From positions 2,976,001 through 3,040,000 of the forward strand of contig CM022668.1 in assembly GCA_012295275.1 (NCBI GenBank): a stretch of DNA of 64,000 bases, in the 5' to 3' direction. Within the stretch, counting starts at the first letter, position 1, and every line of letters starts with the position of its first letter. A model generated the notes under the pieces. It worked only from the letters and a program-made list of their open reading frames with translations. It was not told where the DNA came from and searched no databases. The DNA is from Chrysomallon squamiferum (Eukaryota; Animalia; Mollusca). Positions 1-14,879 of the stretch are shown here, piece after piece. Position numbers and translations under genes: made by a program.

Positions 1-276
1 CTTTATCTTTTTTCTTTTTCTTTCTTCTCTTCTTCTTCTTCTTCTTCTTCTTCCTCTTAGTTTTCGTCTTCTTTATCTTTTTTCTTTTTCTTTCTTCTCT
101 TCTTCTTCTTCTTCTTCTTCTTCTTCTTCTTCTTCTTCTTCTTCTTCTTCTTCTTCTTCTTTTTTCTTTATTTTCTCGGTTGTCCTGTACGTCTTTTTCT
201 TTCTGTCTTTCTCCATCTTCTTCTTCTTTCTTTCTTCTTTCTTTCTTCTCGGTTTTCTTTTCTTCGTTTTCTTCAT
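1..276. repeat. (CTT)n / pyrimidine-rich low-complexity tract
   Basis: Direct reading; explains the poly-E/K ORF 73..276. Confidence 0.9.
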
Positions 277-641
277 AATATATCATCTGCTTCACGTTGA
301 TTTGTTGTTCACTGAATACTCGTGTTGCTCCTCCTGTCCTTTCCTTGTCTGTCTGCAGTCTGTCTCTCCGTTAGTCCTTCTCTCCAACTGTCTGTAAGTG
401 TGTTTACTAGAACGTTTTTTTTTTTTTTTTTTTTTTTTTTGAATTTTACTATTTATGTCATTTCATATGTGATTTCACATACATTATAAATAATTTATCT
501 ACATCTTTGATATATTTATTTGACACAAATACACCAACAAATAATACCTTTTTTTAAAAATGTTGTATTATTATTATTTTTTAAAACTGATGATTCAGCT
601 ACGATGATTGCAAAATAATGATAATAATAATAATAATAATC

Positions 642-681
<40 letters not shown>

Positions 682-1380
682 TAATAATAAATTTGAACAT
701 TTCTAAGTGCAACTTTGGCTTGAAAATTAAATTAACAACAACAACAACAACAACAACAACAAATAAAATTAGTCAAGTTTTAAATAAACAAAAATAAAAA
801 TGAACTAAATAAATTAAAGAAAGAAAGGAGAAAAGGAGTGCAAAGTACACCCCCACCCCACCCTTGTTCCGCGTCCCTCTGCATGCACGTTATCATTCAC
901 ACACTTATCAAAACGTAACAAACTCGGATACAATTCTGGTCAATGCTCGCAAGTTCTCGGTGCATGTGTCTCGTAAAACAACGCAAAGAGAATCCGCGCC
1001 TCAGAACTGCAGTCGTAAAACGAATCAAAAAGCGATTAACCCTTTTCACGCCTCGCCTCGCCTGTCAGCAAGCCGCGGCGTGATTCACCATCAGTTACTT
1101 CCCTTATCTGAGGTGCTGCCACCTATCGTCAGTGGCGTGTTTCGTTATCTGCGTCGCAGGGTCAGAAGGAAGCGTGAAGAGATAAGGATGAGGAAGACGA
1201 TGCTCCAGAATTTCGTCTGTCTGTTTCGTTGCACCAGTTTCTGAAAATGCAGACGTCACGGAGATTAATATTTCTTGTGAAAAATTGAAAATTGTTTTTT
1301 AAAAAAAAAAATAAAAAAAAAAAAAAGATTTTCGTATAGTTATTAAATATGAATACGAGTTGGAGAGTGAGTGAGTGGGG

Positions 1381-1382
<2 letters not shown>

Positions 1383-1459
<77 letters not shown>

Positions 1460-1508
1460 TTTTATATTTGTCAGTCAGTCTCTCTCTCTCTGTCTCTGTC
1501 TCTCTCTG

Positions 1509-1576
<68 letters not shown>
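1383..1576. repeat. (GA)n followed by (TC)n microsatellites
   Basis: (GA)n at about 1383-1458, short spacer, then (TC)n at about 1479-1576. Confidence 0.95.
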
Positions 1577-1578
<2 letters not shown>

Positions 1579-1707
1579 GTGTATAAAGATATTTGTTTAT
1601 CCATCGTTTCTGATTTATTATGAATCAAATTTCCATAAAGAATTTCGATTTGTACAACACTGTCAATAAAATCAGTGAGAAATCAATGTATACGCGAAGA
1701 GTACCGA

Positions 1708-1820
1708 TGTACGTATGTATGTATGTATGAATGTATGAATGTATGTATGTATGTATGTATGTATGTGTATGTATGTATGTATGTATGTATGTATATATGT
1801 GTGTATATATATACATATAT
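1708..1820. repeat. (TATG)n microsatellite
   Basis: Direct reading. Confidence 0.9.
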
Positions 1821-2339
1821 ATTTAAGCACAAAACAATAACAATCGAAAAACCCACTACTACTACTAAAAAACAACAACAACAACAACAAATATTTAAAC
1901 AACAGTCCCCGTCCTACCTCAACGAAGCAAACAATAAGTACTTGTGTTCACGTATTAAACTGTTAGAACGTTCAACTCGTTGAAAGTGATAATTAAATTG
2001 ATGCCGTGCAACCATTTCGTTGCGCGGCGGGATCCTCGCAATCGTTTTATTTCTTTGTCGAACGCGCGCCGTTTTTATGGAAATTTCATAGACACAGGAA
2101 TGATTTCCTATATCTTCGCACATCGGGGGATATATGTATTTTTTTTTTTTTTACATCTGTGTCGATAGTTTCTTGAAAATTAACTCAAGCGCCGAGAAAA
2201 GAAGGAATTTTCTGGAACCCCCCCCGCACGCGGCTAAATGATAGTGACAGACACACACACAGACAGCGAGTAGATTGCAACACAAAGCGGAGGATGAACG
2301 CTGGCGCTGCCGTTTACGATTTTGTTCAAAGCTGCAGCA

Positions 2340-2650
2340 TCAACAAAACAACAGCAACAATAACAATAATAACAGTAATAACATTGGTAGTAGTGGTAGT
2401 TGCAATAATCGCTGTAGTAGTAGTAGTTAAAGTAGTAGTAGTAGTAGTAATAGTTATAGTAGTCGTAGAAGTAGTAGTGGTAATAGTCATAGTTGTAGTA
2501 GTTATAGTAATCGTAGTAGTAGTTGTAATATTCGTAGTAGTAGTAATAGTCGTAGTAAATATAGTAGTTGTAGAATAATAGCCATAGTAGTAGTAGTAAT
2601 AGTCGTAGTTATAATAGTTGTAGTAGTAGTAGCTGAAGTAGCATTAGTAA
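2340..2650. repeat. Degenerate (AAC)n/(GTA)n trinucleotide tract
   Basis: Direct reading; explains the poly-V/I ORF 2294..2578. Confidence 0.85.
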
Positions 2651-2953
2651 AAATAAAAAATAAATAAATAAATAAAAAAACAACAACCCAGTAACGTCTT
2701 TATCAGCAGCAAGAACAAGAAGAAGACAACAATATCAACAGCAACAACAGTACTAATGTTTTTTTATTATTATGTTTACAAAGAAACCGAAATTTTTAAA
2801 ATAATAATAATGATGATGATGATGGTGATGATAATGATAATAATAATAATATAATAAATATAATAATAATAATATAATAAATATAATAATAATAATATAA
2901 TAAATATAATAATAATGGTCATAAACAAATACGCAAACAAACGAACGAACAAA

Positions 2954-2988
<35 letters not shown>

Positions 2989-3094
2989 AATTTAAAAATA
3001 GTATGAGGTTGTCTGCAAGAAAATTAAAAAAAAAAAGAATTCATTGAAGAACGCGAAACTTGCAGAACGTGAATGTCAGATTACGGTGAGGTAT

Positions 3095-3345
3095 GTTGTT
3101 GATTCCTTGCTGAAATGATTCAGACAGAGCGTTGTTGATTCGTTGCTGTAATGATTCAGACAGAGCGTTGTTGATTCCTTGCTGAAATGATTCAGACAGA
3201 GCGTTGTTGATTCCTTGCTGAAATGATTCAGACAGAGCGTTGTTGATTCCTTGCTAAAGTGATTCAGACAGAGCGTTTTAATTCCTTGCTAAAACGATTC
3301 AGACAGAGCGTTGTTGATTCCTTGCTGAAGTGATTCAGACAGAGC
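3095..3345. repeat. 36-bp minisatellite, 7 copies
   Basis: Unit GTTGTTGATTCCTTGCTGAAATGATTCAGACAGAGC starts at 3095, 3131, 3167, 3203, 3239, 3275 (35 bp) and 3310. Confidence 0.95.
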
Positions 3346-3664
3346 GTGGTTTGAAAACAGAGGTGCTGATTGTGTAGCTTGTGAGAAGAGTCGTTTTAAA
3401 GGTTTAAAAGTCACATTGCAGATTATTTGGTATTGTTATTAACTTAAAATTTTTATTTATTTGTTTGTTTGTTTGTTTGTTTATTTTATTTTATTTTATT
3501 TTATTTTATTTTATTTTATTTTATTTATTTATTTATTTTTTTAAATTTAATTAATTTATTTATTTGATATTTTATTTCTTTTCTTTTCTTTTCTTTTCTT
3601 TATAATTATAATTATAATTTTTTGTTTTGTTTGTGAACTCTGAATGCGAGGCAGATGATAAGGC

Positions 3665-3745
<81 letters not shown>

Positions 3746-4184
3746 ACGAGATGGAAAGACAGAGACATGGAGGGAAACTTCGCATGAGTTCAGACAGAAA
3801 CACAAAACTCCATAAAGACACACACATTGAAAATACCGTTCTAGTCTATGTCACACGACACCATTATCAAACACCATGGTACGTGTTATCCTGTTTATTA
3901 AATGCGAAGATCGCAATGAAATACTGTGGTGTTTTAACTCTGTCTTATCTTAATTTATACAAAACATGTGACTGACATAAATAGACTTTAACAATCAAAT
4001 AGCGGTGACGTCAGCTACTTTTGCCTACGCTGTTAGTATGTTGTAAGTATGTCATGTTTTATTTATTTATTTATGTATTAGGACTTTATTATTATTGTTG
4101 TTATTGGTATTTTTTTTTATTATCTGCTTGTTTGTTTGTTCGTTTATTTATTATTTATTTATTTATTAGTACTGTATTATTATA

Positions 4185-4241
<57 letters not shown>

Positions 4242-4292
4242 GGTACTGTTATAATGGTTTTTGTTTTATTATCTGTTTGTTTGTTTGTTCGT

Positions 4293-4327
<35 letters not shown>

Positions 4328-4544
4328 TTACCAGTTTCATTCACAATGAAGTATATATTTTAAAAAATCCCGTTTACGCTCATAAATACTGGGATTATTC
4401 AGTGCATTTCGTCAAATATGAATATCAACAAAATCAACAACAAAAAAAAAAAAAAAAAAAAAAATACAAAATAAATTAAAAGAAAGAAAAAAAAAAAAAA
4501 AGAAAGAAAAAGGCGAAAGAAAAGAGAATAAAAACGTAAAAAGA

Positions 4545-4870
4545 GCGAGGCGTTATTATTGGCTAATGAAATTTCGAATCCGGAGAAATAGCTACTCGGT
4601 AATTACGGTCAACGGTCTTGCGAAACCGACTTTCGGCTTGATAGCCAATAAAAATCGATTTTGAAACGTTAGACACGATATCCGCCATCTTAGAGAATTG
4701 AAAATGACAGATTTGTTGCTATTATAAAACATGTAGCAAGAAATGGGCGGACTGAGGGGGTTAAAATGTGTGGGGGCAGGGTTTCTTGGTGCGTTCTGAC
4801 GAATTTCGAAAATAAACCAAATCGTAATTGGGTATGTATTGACAGTGTGTTTGAGCGGCTATAAATAGAA
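4545..4870. promoter_or_regulatory. CpG-rich promoter-like motif cluster with no assigned gene
   Basis: ATTGG 4558-4562, CCAAT 4645-4649, YY1-like CCGCCATCTT 4682-4691, GGGCGG 4745-4750, TATAAATA 4860-4867. Confidence 0.25.
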
Positions 4871-4940
4871 GTATAATGTACGGACACATGAAAACAATGT
4901 ACCCATCGTCGGTATTTCTGTTGTTAGTTTAAATATATTA

Positions 4941-4980
<40 letters not shown>

Positions 4981-5279
4981 GTCTATGTTGTTGTTTTTAA
5001 TATCACACAGTTTTGTTATTATTTTGTTATTCATGGTTAGCAGTATTCACTGATGCTCGTTTCATCGCAAGAAAGTTAACTGAGGTAATTATATTTCATC
5101 GGTTGTTTTTTCGGTTGTTGTTGTTTTGTTTTTAATTTAAAGTTGTTATTGTTATTTTTGTGGTGTAGTTGTTTGTCAGTGATGGTTGTTTTGAAAGAAG
5201 AAATAAAAAAGAAAAGAAACTTACATGGAAATGAAAAAAATAAATAAATTAAATAAAAATAAATAAAATAAAATAATAA

Positions 5280-5386
<107 letters not shown>

Positions 5387-5427
5387 CCATGATGATGATG
5401 ATGATGATACAAGAACAACTGTATTAC

Positions 5428-5490
<63 letters not shown>

Positions 5491-6089
5491 AATAAATAAT
5501 AAAGAATTTCTTTTTTATCTGAATCGAAAGACACGACAGAAAAATGAAATATAAACCATTAACAAAATAAAAATAAATATAAAGTGTAAAAAAAAGAAAA
5601 AATGAAAAACAGAAAAAAAAAAAATGCTATTATCTAAACGACCAATATTTCGTGTGTAACCGGAAACGACCTCATTTCACTCGCACTTGCTGAGTATCTT
5701 CACATCAAGTTCATCGACCAGCACGTGACCGCCTGACGCGAAATGAACTGAGTGAACATTTTACTGAATGTTTCTAAACTGATTTACACACAAAAGAACT
5801 GCCGAACCAAGACTCCTTACAACGAAAGCTAACATTTAGAAAGCATTACCGACATTTTCCATTTCTTTATGATGGCCGATGTGTCACTGAGGTTCATACC
5901 GAATGAACGTTTGAAAGGTTATAATGAACACGTATTAAAATATCGGGTCATTTCACTGAATTAATTAATATTTATTCAATATCAGCTGACGTTTTTTAAT
6001 ATCAATAATTATTAATGTTTTGTAATTGTTTCAATATTAACAATTACTCGATGGTAAAAATTATTTTAACAATTATTTTAATATTAACA

Positions 6090-6135
<46 letters not shown>

Positions 6136-6627
6136 GTTTTTTCTTTGACTAAATGCTAAATCTTCACAATTATTTTAATGTCAGTAATTGTTATCCATTA
6201 ACCATTATTTAAATCTTAAGAACAACTAATAAAGCAACAAAAACGGTAATACTAACTAGAAATGAACGAATGAATGAATGAATGAATAAATGAATAAATA
6301 AATAAAAAAAAAATGATAAAAAATCCCAACAAAAAAACAAAATATTAAATTAATAATAATAATAAAAAAATAAAATAAAATAAAATGGAATTTTTTTTTT
6401 CTGATGTTAATTAACAAGCATCAGACATCACGTCTATTATTTTGTTGATGAACAGAAGCAACCCGCAGTGTTATGTGTTCACGTCAAATCAACATCCAAC
6501 CAGAGTCTTTTACAACAAAAGCATAATAATAGCAAACAACAACCATAAGAACAATAACAATTAAAGTCATAATAATTACAACAACAACAACAATATCAGT
6601 TATATAACAATGTTTATTACAACAACA

Positions 6628-6668
<41 letters not shown>

Positions 6669-6725
6669 TGTTACCATTATTATTATTAATATTTTTATTA
6701 ATATAATTATTATTATTACTGTTAC

Positions 6726-6762
<37 letters not shown>

Positions 6763-7030
6763 GTTGTTGTTATTATTATTATTATTATTAACAGCAGTAA
6801 AAGAAAAAGCTCTGACTGTTGTTTTTGACGTTTGATTAAATTGGTTTCAGACAATACATCTGTCTGTGATTATTATCCTCAACAACAGTAAAAACGAAAA
6901 GAGTTATCGTTATTTATTTAATGAAGTTTGTTTATTTTAAGACAAAATTTCCACGTCGGTCCGCAGATCCTTCAACAATTCTGCAAAGAGTCTAGTAAGA
7001 ATGAGACGAACACACTACAGACGTATTAAT

Positions 7031-7074
<44 letters not shown>

Positions 7075-7187
7075 GGTCTCGAAGACAGAGTTATCGTTAT
7101 TTATTCCTTTATAAATTTATTTTTTGCTGTCTGTTTATCTTATCTTGATCAAACTTTTTATTTCCACGTGTTCATGTCCGCTCTGAT

Positions 7188-7189
<2 letters not shown>

Positions 7190-7226
<37 letters not shown>

Positions 7227-7261
7227 TGAGTTCAAAGAGTCTCTCTCTCTCTCTTGCAAAG

Positions 7262-7311
<50 letters not shown>

Positions 7312-7359
7312 GCTCTCTCTCTTGCTGTCTCTCTCTTTTGCTGTCTCTCTCTCTCTTGT

Positions 7360-7450
<91 letters not shown>
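7190..7450. repeat. Interrupted (CT)n microsatellite
   Basis: Direct reading. Confidence 0.9.
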
Positions 7451-7452
<2 letters not shown>

Positions 7453-7970
7453 CGTGATGTTCCATGCAAGCATTGAGATACATATATGAACATATCTTTA
7501 TATATATATAACACACACAGACAAACACACACACAAACATGAAAACATACAAACACACGCACAAAACACACACACACACACACACACGAATATATATGAA
7601 AAAGAAAATTCAACTAAAATATTTGTCGTCTTTTATTATGTGAATATGTTGCAGGGGACGTAATTCTGTAAGAACAAACTAAATATTTCTTAAAGATTTG
7701 CCTCCCTTACTCTAATCCGCCTTATTATAATGCGTTGTATTGAACGAAATATCTTCAAGGTAAGGCGGATACTGGGGGATGGGGTGGGGTGGGGTTGGAT
7801 GCGTGCGGTCAGTAATACATTGTATAGCAGAAAAATGAAATGTTGTGACGGCTGCTAGATATTTTTAAACTGCATTCCGTCATTCTTATACTTGTTATAT
7901 ATTAAAATACTCAGGATAAACAGAAATAAATGCATTAATAAGTACATGAGCAAATAAATACATACATTCA

Positions 7971-8021
<51 letters not shown>

Positions 8022-8339
8022 ATTAATTAATGAATGAATGTTTAACGACACCCCAGCAAAAAAAAACAACAACATATCAACTGTTTGTAAACATGGTGAT
8101 TATTTTATACGCAAACAATTTAAAATTAGTCAAAACACTTAGTAAAGAACTGTGTAAAAGGTATCACAGTTTACTTAAATTATAATTTATGGTAAAATTC
8201 TGAACTCTCAGAAATTTTTTCAAAAAAGTTCATCTGTAAGATGGAACTGAAATGATTCCTGACAGAAATTTATTTCAAATAAATATATTTTAAATTGGAT
8301 ATATATTATATATATATATAAATATATATATATGACATT

Positions 8340-8815
8340 TACATAAATAAATACATAAATAAATAAATAAATAAACAAATCCTATATAAATAAATAAATA
8401 AATACAATAAAAAATAAAAAATAAATAAATAAAAAATAAATAAATAAATAAATAAAAATAAATAAATAAAATAAAATAAAAAAAAAAAATATAAATTAAA
8501 TAAACAAACAAACAAACAAACAAACAAACAAACAAAAATAAATAAAATAAATAAATAAAAATAAATAAATAAATAAAAAAATAAATAAATATAAATAAAT
8601 AAATAAATAAATAAATAAATGAACAAACAAACAAACAAATAAATAAATAAATTAATAAATACATAGATAAATAAATAAATAAATAAATTATTAATAAAAG
8701 AAATAAATGAATGAATGAATAAATAAATAAATAAATAAATTAATTAATTAATAAAATAAATAGATAAATAAATAAATAAATTAATAAAATAAATAAATAA
8801 ATAAATAAAATAATA
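8340..8815. repeat. (AAAT)n/(AAAC)n tract
   Basis: Direct reading; explains the YLFI-repeat ORFs. Confidence 0.9.
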
Positions 8816-9129
8816 TTTATGATTTCATGTTCTTGAGCACGTTTTAATGCTTCGTAGAAAACACAGATTTTTTCCTCCCATTTATGGAATTTTCATCCTT
8901 AATAAAGACACAGACACACACACAGACACACACACACACACACACAGACAGACACGTACACACAGAAACACTTACACAAAACACATATCTTATTTACTAA
9001 CCGCAAATTATCCACAAGTTATATTAAACTGGACGGGATTACTTTTCTTTTTCATTGAAGTAATCGTTACGTAATATAATTTATTAAACGACTTTATTCT
9101 GTTACCTGTTACAGTCTGATATCTGTATC

Positions 9130-11110
<1,981 letters not shown>

Positions 11111-11917
11111 TTTTTTTTTGGTAAAACGGCGTATTCACCTGACAAAGAAGAAAAGATTCACTGAGAGAGAAAAAGTATCATGGCTCTAAATATGATACTT
11201 GTGACGTTAACGCAATAAAATATGGCCAACCAGTTGTAATAGATTCTACAGAGTCTTTGTTGTTGTGTAAGATCAGATAAAGAAAACAAAAAACAGCTGA
11301 GATTTCACTTTAAATTCCACTTTCAGACTCGAAAATTCAGAAGCCAAAGCAGGCCTCTCTTGAAACTAGAACCCGAAACCTTCTGAATACACACATCCAC
11401 AAAGAGAAAAAGAATTTAGAATGAATGTTGAATAGAGCGATTGAAAAGAGAAAGATACAAATTATGTTCTTGTTTGATTGTAAGCCTGGTTACGGTACAA
11501 CTGATGCTGTGTCTGCTGTTCATTATTTGAGTTCGAAAGTCTCGGGGTGTAAGAAGAAGCTGTATTGTTATTTTAGTACACGAAAGCCTTTGACAGCCTA
11601 ATCTGTTGTTTAGTTTAGCGCGAACCAGTATGACAGGCAAAATGCGTATCCTTATTAAATCTCAGATCTTAAAGAAGTGCGTGTAAAATCCCAATCTAGT
11701 TTTTGTGACTTCTTCAGGACTTATGAAAGATAAAGCATTGTCACTCTCTGTCTATCAGTTCCTCTGTGTGTCAGTCACGTATAGATACGTGAAAACAAAG
11801 TAAAATAGGGTAATGTGTAGAAATAGATTTGTCACTGGCGGCGTTGTTTGAAGACATATTTATACGCTGTTTGTACCAGTTATTCACTCACACACATTTG
11901 CTGTTTGTGGCACACTT

Positions 11918-11923
11918 TTTATT
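11918..11923 (-). other. Candidate polyadenylation signal (AATAAA) of paralogue A; equivalent in B at 39416-39421
   Basis: First AATAAA I could find on the gene strand after the stop codon. It lies in a block (about 11790-11980 vs 39290-39480) that is nearly identical between A and B. Confidence 0.4.
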
Positions 11924-12005
11924 GTCAGTGAAATATTTCCAAATCCCTTCAAGCCAATATTTAAAAAATCCTTTTAACCTTAGACCACATATATATTAGT
12001 CAGTG

Positions 12006-12043
<38 letters not shown>

Positions 12044-12179
12044 CAACAAAAAGAACAACAGCAAAAATAATAATAATAACCATGATGATGATGATGATGA
12101 CACAACAAGAACAACTGTATTACTATAATAATAATAATTACTTACATGGAATTGAAAAATAAATAAATATATAAATAAA

Positions 12180-12262
<83 letters not shown>

Positions 12263-12368
12263 TAATAATAATAATAATAAGAAGAAGAACAACAACAAAT
12301 ACACACATTGATAAATATAAATATCTATTAATTTTACATAATCGTTTAAAAACAATTACGTCATTAAG

Positions 12369-12423
<55 letters not shown>

Positions 12424-12714
12424 GGACATACATACATACACATACACACGTGTTCAGTCCACAGACACGTACATGACGGCATTACAGACAGGTAAACACC
12501 CAGGTTTGTAGTCAGGTAGAACAAAGTTTGTAGATAGAACAAATATGTAGACAGGTAGATAGAAAAACTGACAGGCTGGTAGAGACAGAGATAGACAGAG
12601 ACAGACAGACAGACAGATAGATAGACATAGAGACAGACAGACAGAGAGATAGATAGACAGTGGATAGATAGACAGATAGGTAGGGAGGAGATAGACAGAC
12701 AGATATAGGCAGAC

Positions 12715-12799
<85 letters not shown>

Positions 12800-12828
12800 C
12801 AAGTAGGTAGGATGATAGGTACATATAT

Positions 12829-12868
<40 letters not shown>

Positions 12869-12888
12869 TTTTAAAATAATTAACACCA

Positions 12889-13448
12889 TCACCAGGGACC
12901 CTGGTCTTTCAACTGTTTCATGTAATTTAGATAAATCTGAGCTTTCAGCAAGTTTACACCCATTCCAAAGTGATTTCCGTCTATACTCATAACTCCATCC
13001 GTGAGGCTGAAAGTGTCAAACACTGGTATATCATACACACCCAAATAGGCAGCCATTTTGTCGTTGTACAATTTACCGTGATAATTGTCAATGGTTTCCA
13101 CATTCGGGTATCTCCAGATACCGAGACTGTGCGTTGACGTCCACAAAACTTTTGGCCATTCGGTGTAGTTGCCTCGCAGACCTTCCAGCATGGGGTTCAC
13201 GTATTTGCTGACGACAGTGTCGTAAACGTAGTGGTCCCATAAACCAACGCCAACAAGCATCATCGACTTTTTCTTCCTCTTGAGTCGGCGAGCCGTGGTA
13301 AACAGGTAAGGTCCGTGTAGTGAAGACGCAAAGTTTATGAACTGAAGGGTGACGTTGTTGCCGTTGCAGAGTTTTGGCTTAAAGTCGATGTAGGGGCGGC
13401 AGGCTTTCTGAGGAAAAACGTACATTCCACTACATTGTTGTTTCATTT
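12889..13448 (-). CDS. Paralogue A, terminal coding exon: C-terminal half of the SGNH domain (GVGLWD and DGNH motifs)
   Basis: Polypyrimidine tract + CAG acceptor ending at 13449. The split codon A+AA joins in frame to MKQQCSG...SIDGNHFG...GPW*, with DGNH at 12981-12970. Non-repetitive open frame that is conserved in paralogue B. Intron 13449-14879 (1431 nt). Confidence 0.88.
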
Positions 13449-13616
13449 CTGAAAAAAAAAATAAAAATAAAAATAAATAAATACAAAAAAAATAAATATA
13501 TAAAAATTAAAAAAAAAGAGAGTAAAATTAACATTTACAGAGCTAGCATAGCTTCACTGTATGAGTGTGTGTGTTTCTATAAATAAGATGGATGCAAAGG
13601 TAAAGGGAGGGAGGGA

Positions 13617-13709
<93 letters not shown>

Positions 13710-13745
13710 GTACTAAGACAAACGACAGAGAAAGAAAGATAACCT

Positions 13746-13851
<106 letters not shown>

Positions 13852-14260
13852 AGATGAAACTACCTCAGTTCGCTTTTGTCTAACAGATTTGTAAAATCAG
13901 TCAATTTGTTATTGTCATTACACCGTGTCATAAAAACAAGTCTAGTGATCTAGTTACATTAAAACATTCAGTATCATCTTTTATAGCATTATATTATAAT
14001 TACCTTGTTATCCCTTCATTGTGATATATTTTGTAAATGAAACCAACCCAAAAATAGAAAAAGGCATCTATCTATACGTGTACTTAAAGTGCAAGGTATG
14101 TGGCCACATCCAGGTTTCCAAAAGGATTTTTTATTTCGTGACAGTTATTTTTTAAACTCAAAAGAAATAAATGTTTGTAGTGATGAGCTGAAATATAAAA
14201 AGTTACATAACACATACAAAATATACTTATTTCCAAAACAAAAATTTTCTTTCCTTTCCT

Positions 14261-14296
<36 letters not shown>

Positions 14297-14713
14297 TGTA
14301 TTTATTATATACATGACACATGCATTTCAAACCTAGAAATAAAGAACTGAAAGAAATTAATATTCATTTTGTACGTCTGCAATAAAACATAGCGCATACA
14401 AACCAAATTAAGTTACCTCACAAACTACAGGAAATAATGAACTGACATTAGTTATGGCTGTCTATTTTTTTATATTTGTTTTATTTTTTTATTTTTCATT
14501 TATCTTGTCATCTTGAAAACTTGTTTGTTGGCTGGGAACATTTCTGACAACATAGGAGTGACAAGCGACATCACAGACATTCATAGATCAGGTAATAACT
14601 AAAAGAACATTTTTGTCAGCTGAGTAAAGTAATTTATATAATTTATTTTCAGACAGGCCTCATCAAAAAGAAGGACACTTTAATACCTCGCATGAGATGG
14701 CCAGGGAAGAAAT

Positions 14714-14755
<42 letters not shown>

Positions 14756-14879
14756 CGACACTATTTCTGCAAGAAGTCGCTGTACTTCAACACTACTCAG
14801 TGACTATATTTTGATTTCATTATTTCCTGTTGTTATTTATGTCTGATTTTTATTCCTCCACCAGTATCAAAGCACCTAC

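Noticed and set aside
3095-3345. 36-bp repeat as a CRISPR array or coding repeat
   Set aside because: No spacers; one 35-bp unit breaks the only attractive frame.
7655-7759. Apparent exon bounded by gcag| and AAG|GTAAGG
   Set aside because: All three frames contain stops, and the sites are not preserved in the paralogous region near 35900-36015.
14833-14879. C-terminal tail SRCFDTGGGIKIRHK as the true protein end
   Set aside because: It is read-through past the conserved GTAGGT donor. Splicing gives an in-frame join that supplies the DGxH catalytic motif.
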